The translations under genes were made by a program, and so were the position numbers. Positions 28,173 through 37,373 of a stretch of DNA of 64,000 bases are shown one piece after another (the stretch's first letter is position 1; every line of letters begins with the position of its first letter). The DNA lies in NCBI GenBank assembly GCA_049997795.1, contig JBEKVT010000001.1, positions 243,751 to 307,750 on the forward strand, in the 5' to 3' direction. The notes beneath the pieces are model-generated. The model saw nothing but the letters and a program-made list of their open reading frames with translations. It was not told where the DNA came from and made no database searches. This DNA comes from Minisyncoccia bacterium (GTDB taxonomy: Bacteria > Patescibacteriota > Minisyncoccia > Phycocordibacterales > PALSA-1337).

Positions 28173-28700
28173 ATGGATGAGCCAAATCGAGACGACCAAG
28201 CGTGCGTGTATGAGATAGGGTATCTCCTCGCCGGCGTGCCGGAGGAGCGAGTTCCCGCCGAGGCCGACAGCCTCCGCGGCGCCATAACCGCTGCCGGAGC
28301 CTCTGTCCTTGCCGAAGAGGCGCCGCACCACGAGCGCCTGGCGTACACCATCCGCAAGAAGACGGTAGCCGGCTCGTACGAGAAATACGACGCCGCCTAT
28401 TTCGGCTGGATAAAGTTCGAGGCGGGATCGGACAAGGTCGAAGGCCTGAAGAAGACCATCGAGGCCATCCCCGCGGTCCTTCGCATGCTCCTCATCTCCA
28501 CGGTGCGCGAGAATACGTACCTCGGCAAGCGCGCCTCCGCCATCGCCGCCTCCTTCGTCAGAAGGCCGTTCTCGACCGGGCTAGGCGACGCTCATGCCGC
28601 TCCAGCGGCGAGGAAAGAGACCGTCCCGACCGCTCCGGCCACTCCCGCCTCTATCGAAGAGATGGACAAATCCATCGAAGAGATGGTCAAAGAAGTCTAA
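28173..28700 (+). CDS. rpsF: 30S ribosomal protein S6 with an Ala/Pro-rich C-terminal extension
   Basis: YEIGYLLAG ... ERLAYTIRKK ... core of S6; first gene of the conserved rpsF-ssb-rpsR cluster. Confidence 0.8.
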   Translation: MDEPNRDDQACVYEIGYLLAGVPEERVPAEADSLRGAITAAGASVLAEEAPHHERLAYTIRKKTVAGSYEKYDAAYFGWIKFEAGSDKVEGLKKTIEAIPAVLRMLLISTVRENTYLGKRASAIAASFVRRPFSTGLGDAHAAPAARKETVPTAPATPASIEEMDKSIEEMVKEV

Positions 28701-28718
28701 TCCTAGTACACTAGTATC

Positions 28719-29177
28719 ATGTATCTCAACAAAACATTCATCATCGGCAACCTGACCCGCGATCCTGAGCTCAAGGCTCTGCCTTCCGGATCTAAAGTCG
28801 CCAGTTTCGGCCTGGCCACCAACCGCGTCTATAAGGACAAGGAAGGCAATCGCCAGGAATCCGCCGAGTTCCATAACATCGTGGCTTTCGGCCGCCTGGG
28901 CGAGCTCTGCGCCCAGTACCTGAAGAAGGGCGCCCAAGCCTTCGTCGAAGGCCGGCTCCAGACCCGTTCATGGGATGCCCCGGACGGCTCCAAGAAATAT
29001 CGCACCGAAGTTATCGCCGAAAACGTCCAATTCGGTTCCAGGTCCGGCGGAGGCAAGGGAAGCTCGGCTGAGCCCTCTTCGCCGAAAAGCGAGGCCCCGG
29101 CCAAAGACGAGCCGGCCGGCGCCGAAACGATTGAATATCCGCAGGAAGAGATAAATCCGGACGACATCCCATTCTAA
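28719..29177 (+). CDS. ssb: single-stranded DNA-binding protein
   Basis: OB-fold N-terminus (MYLNKTFIIGNLTRDPELKALPSGSKVASFGLATNR...), Gly-rich linker, acidic C-terminal tail ending DDIPF. Confidence 0.9.
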   Translation: MYLNKTFIIGNLTRDPELKALPSGSKVASFGLATNRVYKDKEGNRQESAEFHNIVAFGRLGELCAQYLKKGAQAFVEGRLQTRSWDAPDGSKKYRTEVIAENVQFGSRSGGGKGSSAEPSSPKSEAPAKDEPAGAETIEYPQEEINPDDIPF

Positions 29178-29182
29178 CCGTC

Positions 29183-29386
29183 ATGAAAAGACAGTGTTAT
29201 TTCAGCCAGCATAATATCAAGCACATCGATTACAAGGACACGGAGATCCTGCGCCGGTTCCTCAATCCGCACGGCCGGCTCATAAGCCGCAAGCGTTCGG
29301 GCATATCAGCCAAATACCAGCGCCAGCTGGCCACGGCTGTGAAGCGCGCCCGCTTCATGGGGCTTCTGCCGTACGTAGCCAAGTAA
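29183..29386 (+). CDS. rpsR: 30S ribosomal protein S18
   Basis: 67 aa; DYKDTEILRRFLNPHGRLISRKRSGISAKYQRQLATAVKRARFMGLLPY. Confidence 0.9.
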   Translation: MKRQCYFSQHNIKHIDYKDTEILRRFLNPHGRLISRKRSGISAKYQRQLATAVKRARFMGLLPYVAK

Positions 29387-29398
29387 TCGGACAATCTT

Positions 29399-30487
29399 AT
29401 GCCTATAAAGAAGACAAAGACCGCCGCGAAGCACGAAGAGACGGCGGCTTCGGCTCCCACGCATCCCGCACCCGTCCACATCTCAGCGCTCGAGGCCCGC
29501 AAAGCAAAATCCGCGAACGACATCAGGAGCGCCCTTGACGCCATCCGAGTCAAATTCGGCGAGGAAGCCATCATGCGCCTGGGCGACAGGCCGAAAGTGA
29601 GCGTCGGGGCCATCTCTACAGGCTCGATCGGCCTCGATGCCGCTCTGGGGATAGGCGGCCTGCCACGCGGCCGGGTTATCGAGATCTTCGGCCCGGAATC
29701 CTCCGGCAAGACTACCCTGGCTCTCCATGTCGTGGCCGAAGCCCAGAAAAAGGGCGGCACCTGCGCCTACATCGACGCCGAGCACGCCTTGGACCCCGAT
29801 TACGCCAAGCGCCTCGGGGTGAAAGTCGAAGACCTGCTCATCTCCCAGCCTGATACCGGCGAACAAGCTCTGGAGATCGTCGACAGTCTCGTCCGGACCG
29901 GCAACATGGACGTGGTCGTCATCGATTCCGTGGCGGCTCTGACGCCCAAGGCCGAGATCGAAGGCGACATGGGCGCTGTCCACGTCGGCATCCAGGCCCG
30001 GCTCATGTCCCAGGCCTTGCGCAAGCTGACCGCCATCGTCGCCAAGTCCAAGACTACCGTCATCTTCATCAATCAGATCCGCATGCAGATTGGCGTGATG
30101 TTCGGCAACCCGGAGACCACGCCCGGCGGCAAGGCTCTGAAATTCTATTCCTCCGTGCGTCTCGACATCCGCCGCATCGCCCAGATCAAGAAAGGCGAGG
30201 AAGTCATGGGCGGCCGGGTGCGCGTCAAGGTCGTGAAGAATAAAGTGGCGGCGCCCTTCCGACAGACCGAGTTCGACCTGATGTACAACGAAGGCATATC
30301 CCAAGAAGGAGAGATCATCGCCTTGGGCGAGAAGTACGGCCTCATCGAGCATTCCGGCGCCTCGTACAAATACGGCGGCGAGTCCCTCGGCCGCGGCTAT
30401 GACGCTACCCGCCAGTTCCTGAAAGAGAACGCGAAAGTGAAGGACGAGATCCTCGCGAAGATCAAGGCGAAGCTCGACGAGCAGTAA
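29399..30487 (+). CDS. recA: recombinase RecA
   Basis: Walker [11 protein letters not shown]1/L2 loop motifs; 362 aa. Confidence 0.95.
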   Translation: MPIKKTKTAAKHEETAASAPTHPAPVHISALEARKAKSANDIRSALDAIRVKFGEEAIMRLGDRPKVSVGAISTGSIGLDAALGIGGLPRGRVIEIFGPESSGKTTLALHVVAEAQKKGGTCAYIDAEHALDPDYAKRLGVKVEDLLISQPDTGEQALEIVDSLVRTGNMDVVVIDSVAALTPKAEIEGDMGAVHVGIQARLMSQALRKLTAIVAKSKTTVIFINQIRMQIGVMFGNPETTPGGKALKFYSSVRLDIRRIAQIKKGEEVMGGRVRVKVVKNKVAAPFRQTEFDLMYNEGISQEGEIIALGEKYGLIEHSGASYKYGGESLGRGYDATRQFLKENAKVKDEILAKIKAKLDEQ

Positions 30488-30514
30488 AAACTGCTCGAGA
30501 TGACACATCAGCGC

Positions 30515-30547
30515 AAAACCCCGCTCCGACGGGGTTTTGCTTTTTGA
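30515..30547 (+). terminator. rho-independent terminator after recA
   Basis: AAAACCCCGCTCCGACGGGGTTTTGCTTTTTG. Confidence 0.7.
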
Positions 30548-30602
30548 GAGAAACCGTGTAGAATGGCTCAATTATTCGATTTTCAATCATTTTTATAACC
30601 TC

Positions 30603-31175
30603 ATGTCTCTCCTCGAATACAACGAAGTCACCGAAAAGAAGTTCATCGTCATGGGCGGCATGCCCTACGAAGTGCTGTCTTCGCACGTCTTCCGCAAACA
30701 GCAGAGGAAGCCGGTGAACGCCGCCAAGCTGAAGAACCTCTTGACCGGCAAGGTCACCGAGTACTCTTTCCATCAGTCAGAGAAAGTCGAGGAGGCGGAG
30801 ATCGAGACGCGCGAGGTCAAATACCTGTACAACAACCGCGGCGAATGGTGGTTCTCCGAGACGAGTGACCCGTCGAAGCGCTTCAAGGTCTCTCTGGAGG
30901 CTGTAGGGCCCCAGGGCAGATTCCTGAAGCCGGATACGATCGTCGAACAACTGCTCTTCAAAGGCCAGCCGATGAGCTTCAAATTCCCGGTCATTGTCGA
31001 GCTTAAGGTCACGGAAGCTCCGCCGAACGTAAGAGGCGACACGGCGACAGGCGGCCAGAAAATAGTCACCTTGGAGACCGGCGCAACCATCAACGTGCCT
31101 CTGTTCGTCAATGCCGGGGATGTCATAAAGATCAACACCGAGAACGGCGAGTACCGGGAACGCGCCGGCAAATAG
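30603..31175 (+). CDS. efp: elongation factor P
   Basis: KPVNAAKLKNLLTGKVTEYSF (KOW-like domain I) and OB domains II/III; 190 aa from the Met at 30603. Confidence 0.85.
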   Translation: MSLLEYNEVTEKKFIVMGGMPYEVLSSHVFRKQQRKPVNAAKLKNLLTGKVTEYSFHQSEKVEEAEIETREVKYLYNNRGEWWFSETSDPSKRFKVSLEAVGPQGRFLKPDTIVEQLLFKGQPMSFKFPVIVELKVTEAPPNVRGDTATGGQKIVTLETGATINVPLFVNAGDVIKINTENGEYRERAGK

Positions 31176-31184
31176 GCCGGGGCC

Positions 31185-31577
31185 CTATCGCCCGGTCGTG
31201 GTGGACGCCGTCGGGAGCGGCGTCGTCCCGAATATCTCGAGTCTGGCTTCCGTGCCGCGGCCGAACTGGTCGGCGGCGCGGAGAGTCAAGGTGTTCACGC
31301 CGGGGAAGACGATGAGAGTCTCCTTGAAACTACCCTGCTCGTTCACGGAAATGGGGGAACCGTTCAGGGTGAGCGAAACGACGCGCTCAGCCTGGCCGAC
31401 CACGTCGATCGTCGGACCGGCGACGGCGGAGCCGTCGACCGGTTCGAAGACGTCTATGCGCGGCCCTTGCGCGTACGGCAGCGACCGCCAGGATATGTAT
31501 CCGATGATGACGGCGCAGATAAGGACGGCGCCCGATACCCGGATGGTGCGGAGCAATCTTGTGCGCGTCAAAGGCAT
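31185..31577 (-). CDS. hypothetical membrane-anchored protein (Ig-like ectodomain)
   Basis: N-terminal TM (VSGAVLICAVIIGYISW) then a beta-rich domain; no recognisable family. Confidence 0.45.
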   Translation of the reverse strand: MPLTRTRLLRTIRVSGAVLICAVIIGYISWRSLPYAQGPRIDVFEPVDGSAVAGPTIDVVGQAERVVSLTLNGSPISVNEQGSFKETLIVFPGVNTLTLRAADQFGRGTEARLEIFGTTPLPTASTTTGR

Positions 31578-31590
31578 CTTGGCGTGGCGG

Positions 31591-33837
31591 TCATCCGTCT
31601 TTCTCGTCCCCGGCGCCTTCCTTCTCGATCCCAGCGCCCGCGCCGATGACCTCGCGAGGCTTCGAGCCGTTAGCCGGGCCTATCACCCCGCGCTCTTCGA
31701 GCATGTCCATCAATTTAGCGGCCCGGGAATATCCGACCCCGAGCTTCCTTTGGATGTATGAAGTCGAGGCCTTGCCGGCGGTGAGGACCGCTTCGCGAGC
31801 CGGTTCGTACATCTCGTCTTCTTCGTCGAACGAATCGCCGTCGAGCGCCCCGGAGAGGCCGTTCATGGAGTCGAAAGCGGCGCCAGAGCCCGCTTCCGGC
31901 ATCGTCAGGCTGATCTCGCCCATGACCTCGTCTTTGTACTGATCGGCCAGATATTTGACCACCCGCTTGACTTCCGATTCGGAGATGAAGGCCGACTGCA
32001 ATCTGACGGGCTTCGACATCTCGGCTCCGAGATAGAGCATATCGCCGGCACCGAGGAGCTTCTCCGCGCCGCTCTGGTCCAGGATGGTCCTCGAATCTAT
32101 CTGCGAGGCCACCTGGAGAGCCACGCGCGACGGGATGTTGACCTTGATGAGGCCGGTGATGATGTTGACCGACGGCCTCTGGGTGGAGATGACGAGATGG
32201 ATGCCGACGGCCCGGCTCATCTGAGCCAAGCGGACCACGGCCGACTCGAGCTCGCGCGGGTAGGTCTGCATGATATCGGCCAGCTCGTCTATGACTATGA
32301 CGATATAAGGCAGGGTCTCGGGCAATCCGCCGGAAGCGCCGCTGCGGCCCTTTTTGAGCTTGGCCAGAGCTGGCGACAAGACATTCTTATGGTACGACTC
32401 GACGTCCCTGGCCGCGCTCTTCTCCAGGACGTCGTAGCGGCGGCTCATCTCTTTGGCGGCCCACTTCAGAGCCAATATGGCCTTTTTCGGATCGGTGATG
32501 ACCGGCGTCAAGAGATGCGGCGTCCTGTTGTACAAAGTAAGTTCGACGCGCTTCGGGTCGATCATGATGAATTTCAGGTTCTCCGGCGAGTTGCGGTAGA
32601 GGAGGGAAGCGATGAAGGCGTGGATGGTCACGGACTTGCCCGAGCCGGTGGCGCCGGCGATCAGGATGTGCGGGGCCTTGCCGAGGTTGGCGAAGTGGGC
32701 CCGGCCGGCTATGTCCTTGCCTAGAGAGACCAGCAAGGGCTTCTCGGATTCCTGATAGTCGGCCGAAGCCAAGAGAGTGGCCAGGCCCACTGTCGTCTTG
32801 GCCGTGTTCGGTACTTCGATGCCGACCAGCGATTTCCCGGGAATCGGCGCCTCGATCCTGATCGGATGAGCGGCCAGAGCCAAGGAAAGATTGTTGTTCA
32901 GGGCGACGATGCGGGAGAGCTTCACGCCCTCGGCCGGTTTCAGGGCGTACCGCGTCACCGAAGGGCCGATGGAGACCTCGTCCATCTCCACAGTGATGCC
33001 GAAGTTCTGCAGAGTGCGCTTGATGATGTTGGCGTTCCCTTTGATGTCGCCCGTCTCGGGTTTGCCTCGGTCTCTCTCGAGGAGCGAGAGGGGAGGAGGC
33101 GTGAAGGGCGCGAGATGCGGGACGATGACCGATGAAGCGAAGTTCTCTTCCTCGTCGTCTGTGAAGTCTAGCTTCTTTTGCTTGGCTTTCTTTTTCGCTT
33201 CCCCTCCCAGTTTCTTCCCGTCCAATTCGGCCGCCGCCACCGCTTCTTCCACCGTCGCCTCTTCGTCCTCGTCCATTTCCATGGCCGGCTCCTTATCCTT
33301 TTCGCGCTTATCTTTCTTCCTGAAGGTCAGGCCCTCCCAAGCGATGCGCCATTCGAACATGACCACCAGAGACGTGATGAACAGCGCCAAGAGGACGAGA
33401 GCCGTAGCCCAGACATCCATGACCTTGACTAGCGGAGCGCCGATCCATCTGCCGATGACGCCGCCCAGATGATTGGGGACGTTCGTGGGTATGAGATATA
33501 TGAGCCCGAGACCAGACAGGAAGAAGACGAAGGCCCCAATGGCCTTTGTCTTGTCGAAGCGCCTTTCCACCCCGCGCAAGAAAGCGATGCCTAGGACGGC
33601 GAAGACGATGGGTATCAGGAAATATCCTATGCCGAAGGCCCTGTTCAGGAAGTCGAAGCCGTATCCGCCGATCAGTCCTGCCAGATCGCTCCCATCGCTA
33701 TGATGGAAAGAGGCCAAGAGGGAGATCAGGGCTACCAGGAAGGAGAATATCGACAGGATCGCCTGGATAGTCTCGTCGCGCAGATTGTCCCAAAAGTGGA
33801 ATTTCTTGCCGAGATCGCCCGTTTTCTTTTTTGCCAT
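31591..33837 (-). CDS. ftsK: DNA translocase FtsK/SpoIIIE
   Basis: N-terminal TM helices, motor domain with Walker A GATGSGKS and Walker B region, C-terminal gamma wHTH; start at Met 33837 (MAKKKTGDLGKKFHFW). Confidence 0.9.
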   Translation of the reverse strand: MAKKKTGDLGKKFHFWDNLRDETIQAILSIFSFLVALISLLASFHHSDGSDLAGLIGGYGFDFLNRAFGIGYFLIPIVFAVLGIAFLRGVERRFDKTKAIGAFVFFLSGLGLIYLIPTNVPNHLGGVIGRWIGAPLVKVMDVWATALVLLALFITSLVVMFEWRIAWEGLTFRKKDKREKDKEPAMEMDEDEEATVEEAVAAAELDGKKLGGEAKKKAKQKKLDFTDDEEENFASSVIVPHLAPFTPPPLSLLERDRGKPETGDIKGNANIIKRTLQNFGITVEMDEVSIGPSVTRYALKPAEGVKLSRIVALNNNLSLALAAHPIRIEAPIPGKSLVGIEVPNTAKTTVGLATLLASADYQESEKPLLVSLGKDIAGRAHFANLGKAPHILIAGATGSGKSVTIHAFIASLLYRNSPENLKFIMIDPKRVELTLYNRTPHLLTPVITDPKKAILALKWAAKEMSRRYDVLEKSAARDVESYHKNVLSPALAKLKKGRSGASGGLPETLPYIVIVIDELADIMQTYPRELESAVVRLAQMSRAVGIHLVISTQRPSVNIITGLIKVNIPSRVALQVASQIDSRTILDQSGAEKLLGAGDMLYLGAEMSKPVRLQSAFISESEVKRVVKYLADQYKDEVMGEISLTMPEAGSGAAFDSMNGLSGALDGDSFDEEDEMYEPAREAVLTAGKASTSYIQRKLGVGYSRAAKLMDMLEERGVIGPANGSKPREVIGAGAGIEKEGAGDEKDG

Positions 33838-33979
33838 GGGAATAATGATACCACAAACCATGGAACCGCCGAAATGAGCCCCTTGCATTATTTCTGGCGG
33901 CTCTTATATAATGGCGATGTCCGATATGCCCACTTGCGTCTTTTAATAAAAGACGTAGGATTGAACCTTAAGGACACCG

Positions 33980-34756
33980 ATGGAAAACAAAGACAACAAC
34001 AATCTTCCGGCGTTCAATGACCCTATAAACTGGAAAACCCTTGGTTTTTTCTCGGCCGAGGACTACCTCCTGTATATCTTCAAAAAGACGGAGAAGATCA
34101 CAGCGGGCCTTTATCTGGTTTCCGGCCTTCTAAAGGACGACGAACCGCTGAAATGGGAGCTGCGTAACCGAGGCATGGACCTGATATCGTCCTCTTTCAC
34201 TGTTTCGAGCTCGATGCCAGGCGACAAGAACGTCGTCATCCAGTCGCTTTTCACGGCGGCTCTCGAAACCATCTCGCTTCTCAATGTGGCCAGGATCTCC
34301 AACCTTATTTCCGACATGAATCACGCTCTTCTGGTGAAAGAGATCGACAATATCGTCAGTCTGCTGAGCGACCGCCTGGTCCAGAACGCCGAGAACGCCG
34401 GTTACGTCCTTTCCGAAGCCTTCTTTAAGACACCGAGCCTGTTCGCTTCCGGGTTAAGGACTGAGGTCGGCAGCCGCAGCCAAAATGATAAAGGACAAAA
34501 AGGGCCAGAGCGCGAATCCAGACGCGGCAGTGACGGGTTTAAAGGACACGAGGATATGCTGGAAAAAAAGAATCAAAGACAGGAAAACATTGTAGGCCTT
34601 CTTAAAGGACAGTCGAATCTGACCATCAAGGATTTTTCCCGGGTGATTAAAGATTGCAGCGAAAAGACCATCCAGCGCGAATTGCTGGAATTGGTAGCCA
34701 GGGGCGTCATAAAAAAAGAAGGAGAACGCCGTTGGAGCCGTTACTCTCTGAAATAG
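33980..34756 (+). CDS. hypothetical protein with C-terminal winged-helix DNA-binding domain
   Basis: C-terminal TIKDFSRVIKDCSEKTIQRELLELVARGVIKKEGERRWSRYSL resembles DeoR/MarR-type wHTH; N-terminal 180 aa of unknown function. Confidence 0.5.
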   Translation: MENKDNNNLPAFNDPINWKTLGFFSAEDYLLYIFKKTEKITAGLYLVSGLLKDDEPLKWELRNRGMDLISSSFTVSSSMPGDKNVVIQSLFTAALETISLLNVARISNLISDMNHALLVKEIDNIVSLLSDRLVQNAENAGYVLSEAFFKTPSLFASGLRTEVGSRSQNDKGQKGPERESRRGSDGFKGHEDMLEKKNQRQENIVGLLKGQSNLTIKDFSRVIKDCSEKTIQRELLELVARGVIKKEGERRWSRYSLK

Positions 34757-35204
34757 GGCCAAATAAGGCGAAATATGGCAAGATGCGCCATTCCTGCGCC
34801 GTTTTTCGTATTTTTCATTGGATCCTTTGACTTTTGTGGCTTAACGGCTTATAGAGTTATCCACATTGAGCCGTTTTGCGCCGATACCCCATTAGGCGTT
34901 ATAATGCTTTGCAACGAGCGCCAAATCAGTCGTTTGGTTCGGCGTTCGTCCCAAGGCGTAAAAGCTTGGGGTGAGCGGACTTTGACAACTTAAGAAGTCT
35001 GTCACAAGTTCGTTTTGTGTCAGCCACTAAATTCCCGGCCTGGATGTCGATAGTACGGGCGGGGAAATGTGGAATTGTGCGCGTGCGGTCGACCCGTTTT
35101 GTTACGGAACGCACGCTCATTATCAGTTTACCAGACGACGTTTCTCCGAATATAAACTTAAAAGTAATCTCGGGAAAGCGTTGTTAATTATCAAAATCAT
35201 AGCT

Positions 35205-37196
35205 ATGAAAAGAATTATCTTCGCAACCGGCGTCGCCGTCCTGGCGCTTGCTTTGGTTGCCGGAGCTCAGGGCCAGGTCTTCAACGTCAACTTGACGGTT
35301 GGTTCGACCGGCTCTGACGTTGTGGCCTTACAGACGGCTCTCATGTCTGCCGGCTACAACATCCCGTGGATCGCTTCCGGCGCTGCCGCCAAGGGCTACT
35401 TCGGTTCGCAGACAAAGGCCGCAGTCATGCAGTATCAGGCTGCTCACGGCGTGCCGAACACGGGCTTCGTCGGCCCTCTGACCCGTGCCGCTCTTAACGG
35501 CGGCGCAATGACCGTTGGAGGCACCACCTGCCCGGCCGGCTACACCTGCACCCTGACGGGCTCGCCCGTCACCGGAGGCTCGTCCGCTGGTGGCATCACC
35601 ACCCCCGGCGTCCCCGGCATCATGACATCTACGGCTGGCCCGCTCTCTAGCGCCGTCTTGAACGTCGGCGCTCAGCAGGTCCCGGTCATCACTGTCCGCG
35701 TCCAGGCTCAGTACTCTGACTTGGATGTCCAGTCCTTGACTCTCGACCTAGGCAACAACACGTCCGCCTTCAACAAGCTCTTCAACACGGTCTACGTGAC
35801 CGACGGAACGAACGTTCTGTCTTCACAGGCCCTGAACGGCTCGACGGTCGTCCAGAGCGGCAGCGAGTACATCCTCGGCCTTGCCGGCTTCCACTTCTTC
35901 GTCCCGAGGGGCACGTATAAGGATCTGGTCATCAAGGGTTCTCTGAACACCTCGATCGACACCGCCTATCTTGCCGGAGGCGCGCACTTCCCGGATGGCG
36001 TCCATGCTGCTCTCAACAGCATCAACGGAATCGCAGTCACCGGATGGGGCATCGGCGTCGTCGCCAACGGCGTCCGCGCCGTGGACGGCGCAGGTTTGAA
36101 CCTGTACGGTCCGACCACTGGCTTCAACCAGGTCTTGACCATCAACGCAAGCTTGGTTGACAACGCTCAGGCCAACGTCTCGCTTGACGCAGCCTCTCCG
36201 CTTGTCGCCTCCGTTCCTGTGAGCGACACAACCAACGGCAATTACCTCGGCCTTCCGGTCTTGATCTTCGACGTCAACGCCCAGAACGACACCCTCCACC
36301 TCCATGAAGTGAAGGTGCAGATCGGCACTGTCGGCGCCGTCGGTTCAGTTGGAGCTGCCTACCTCTATAACGGCAGCACCATGATCACTTCGGCCTCGGT
36401 CTCCGGAGGCATCGCCGACTTCAACAACATCGTCGACGGTACCAGCGGCGCGACCATCCCGGTCAACACCACCGTGCCGTTCACCGTCAAGGTTGACGTC
36501 ACTGGCGTGACTGGTGCCGGCGTTGCTCTGTCCGTCGTCGCCTCGACGACCGGCAGCGTCGGTGCGGCTCCCCTGTCGATCTACAACTCGATCGACAGCA
36601 CTGCGGCCATTAGCGGTTCTGCCGTCGGCAACACCCAGACGGTGGCTGCGGCCGGTCCTCTGTTCCAGCTCTCAGGCACTCCGACTATCGTCAAGTCTGT
36701 CTTGAGCAGCGACCAGAACGGTAATGCCACCGATTCGTACACCGCGACCTTCAATGTCCAGGTCACGTCGATCGGCCAGAACATCAACTTCGCTCTGCCG
36801 GCCTCGACGACAGGCGCGATGTTCCTGGTTGCGAATGCCGCCAACAACGCCTATGCGACTACCTCGCTTAGCGTATACAAGAACGGCTCGATGGATTGGG
36901 CTGGTATCGGTGGAAACACCAACGGCTTGGGTAACTACTGGACCAATGGTGCTAGCGTAGTCGCCAACTACTCTCAGCCGACGAATACCACGATCTCGAG
37001 CAACGGACTGTACTTCACCCTCGCACAGAACCAGACTGTGACCATTCCGGTCACCCTCACCTGGCTCGTGAAGAACCCGGGTGCAAACACCTACGCTGCT
37101 CAGCTTCAGGGTATCAACTGGCTGACGAACGCGCTTGCTCCGAACAGCTCTATCTTCATGGCCAATCAAACGGCCTGGAGGAGCCCTGCGATCTAA
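35205..37196 (+). CDS. secreted cell-surface protein: signal peptide, N-terminal peptidoglycan-binding (PG_binding_1-like) domain, long Thr/Ser/Gly/Ala-rich beta-repeat region
   Basis: MKRIIFATGVAVLALALVAGAQG signal; GSTGSDVVALQTALMSAGY ... GYFGSQTKAAVMQYQAAHGVPNTGFVGPLTRAAL PG-binding fold; the rest is low-complexity beta-rich repeats. Confidence 0.65.
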   Translation: MKRIIFATGVAVLALALVAGAQGQVFNVNLTVGSTGSDVVALQTALMSAGYNIPWIASGAAAKGYFGSQTKAAVMQYQAAHGVPNTGFVGPLTRAALNGGAMTVGGTTCPAGYTCTLTGSPVTGGSSAGGITTPGVPGIMTSTAGPLSSAVLNVGAQQVPVITVRVQAQYSDLDVQSLTLDLGNNTSAFNKLFNTVYVTDGTNVLSSQALNGSTVVQSGSEYILGLAGFHFFVPRGTYKDLVIKGSLNTSIDTAYLAGGAHFPDGVHAALNSINGIAVTGWGIGVVANGVRAVDGAGLNLYGPTTGFNQVLTINASLVDNAQANVSLDAASPLVASVPVSDTTNGNYLGLPVLIFDVNAQNDTLHLHEVKVQIGTVGAVGSVGAAYLYNGSTMITSASVSGGIADFNNIVDGTSGATIPVNTTVPFTVKVDVTGVTGAGVALSVVASTTGSVGAAPLSIYNSIDSTAAISGSAVGNTQTVAAAGPLFQLSGTPTIVKSVLSSDQNGNATDSYTATFNVQVTSIGQNINFALPASTTGAMFLVANAANNAYATTSLSVYKNGSMDWAGIGGNTNGLGNYWTNGASVVANYSQPTNTTISSNGLYFTLAQNQTVTIPVTLTWLVKNPGANTYAAQLQGINWLTNALAPNSSIFMANQTAWRSPAI

Positions 37197-37235
37197 CCTC
37201 TCTTTGGTTTAGCGCCAAATCGAGTTAAATCACAC

Positions 37236-37277
37236 AAAAACCGCCTTCCGTCAGATGACGGAGGCGGTTTTGTGTTG
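37236..37277 (+). terminator. rho-independent terminator
   Basis: CCGCCTTCCGTCA-gat-GACGGAGGCGG followed by TTTTGTGTT. Confidence 0.7.
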
Positions 37278-37373
37278 CAAGTCTTTTAAATTTATCCGCC
37301 CGGACCAGTCTCGCACCACCAGAGCTCTTCCAGGTGTATAATTATGGCATACTACTAGCAGCTATAAATAATC

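Noticed and set aside
29483-30571. Long antisense ORFs: 362 aa opposite recA, and similarly 21531..22796 opposite glyQS, 25397..26371 opposite the AI-2E permease, 54690..55814 opposite secD.
   Set aside because: They mirror well-supported genes on the other strand and have Arg/Gly/Asp/His-rich low-complexity translations, the classic high-GC stop-codon-poor artefact. They were not called.
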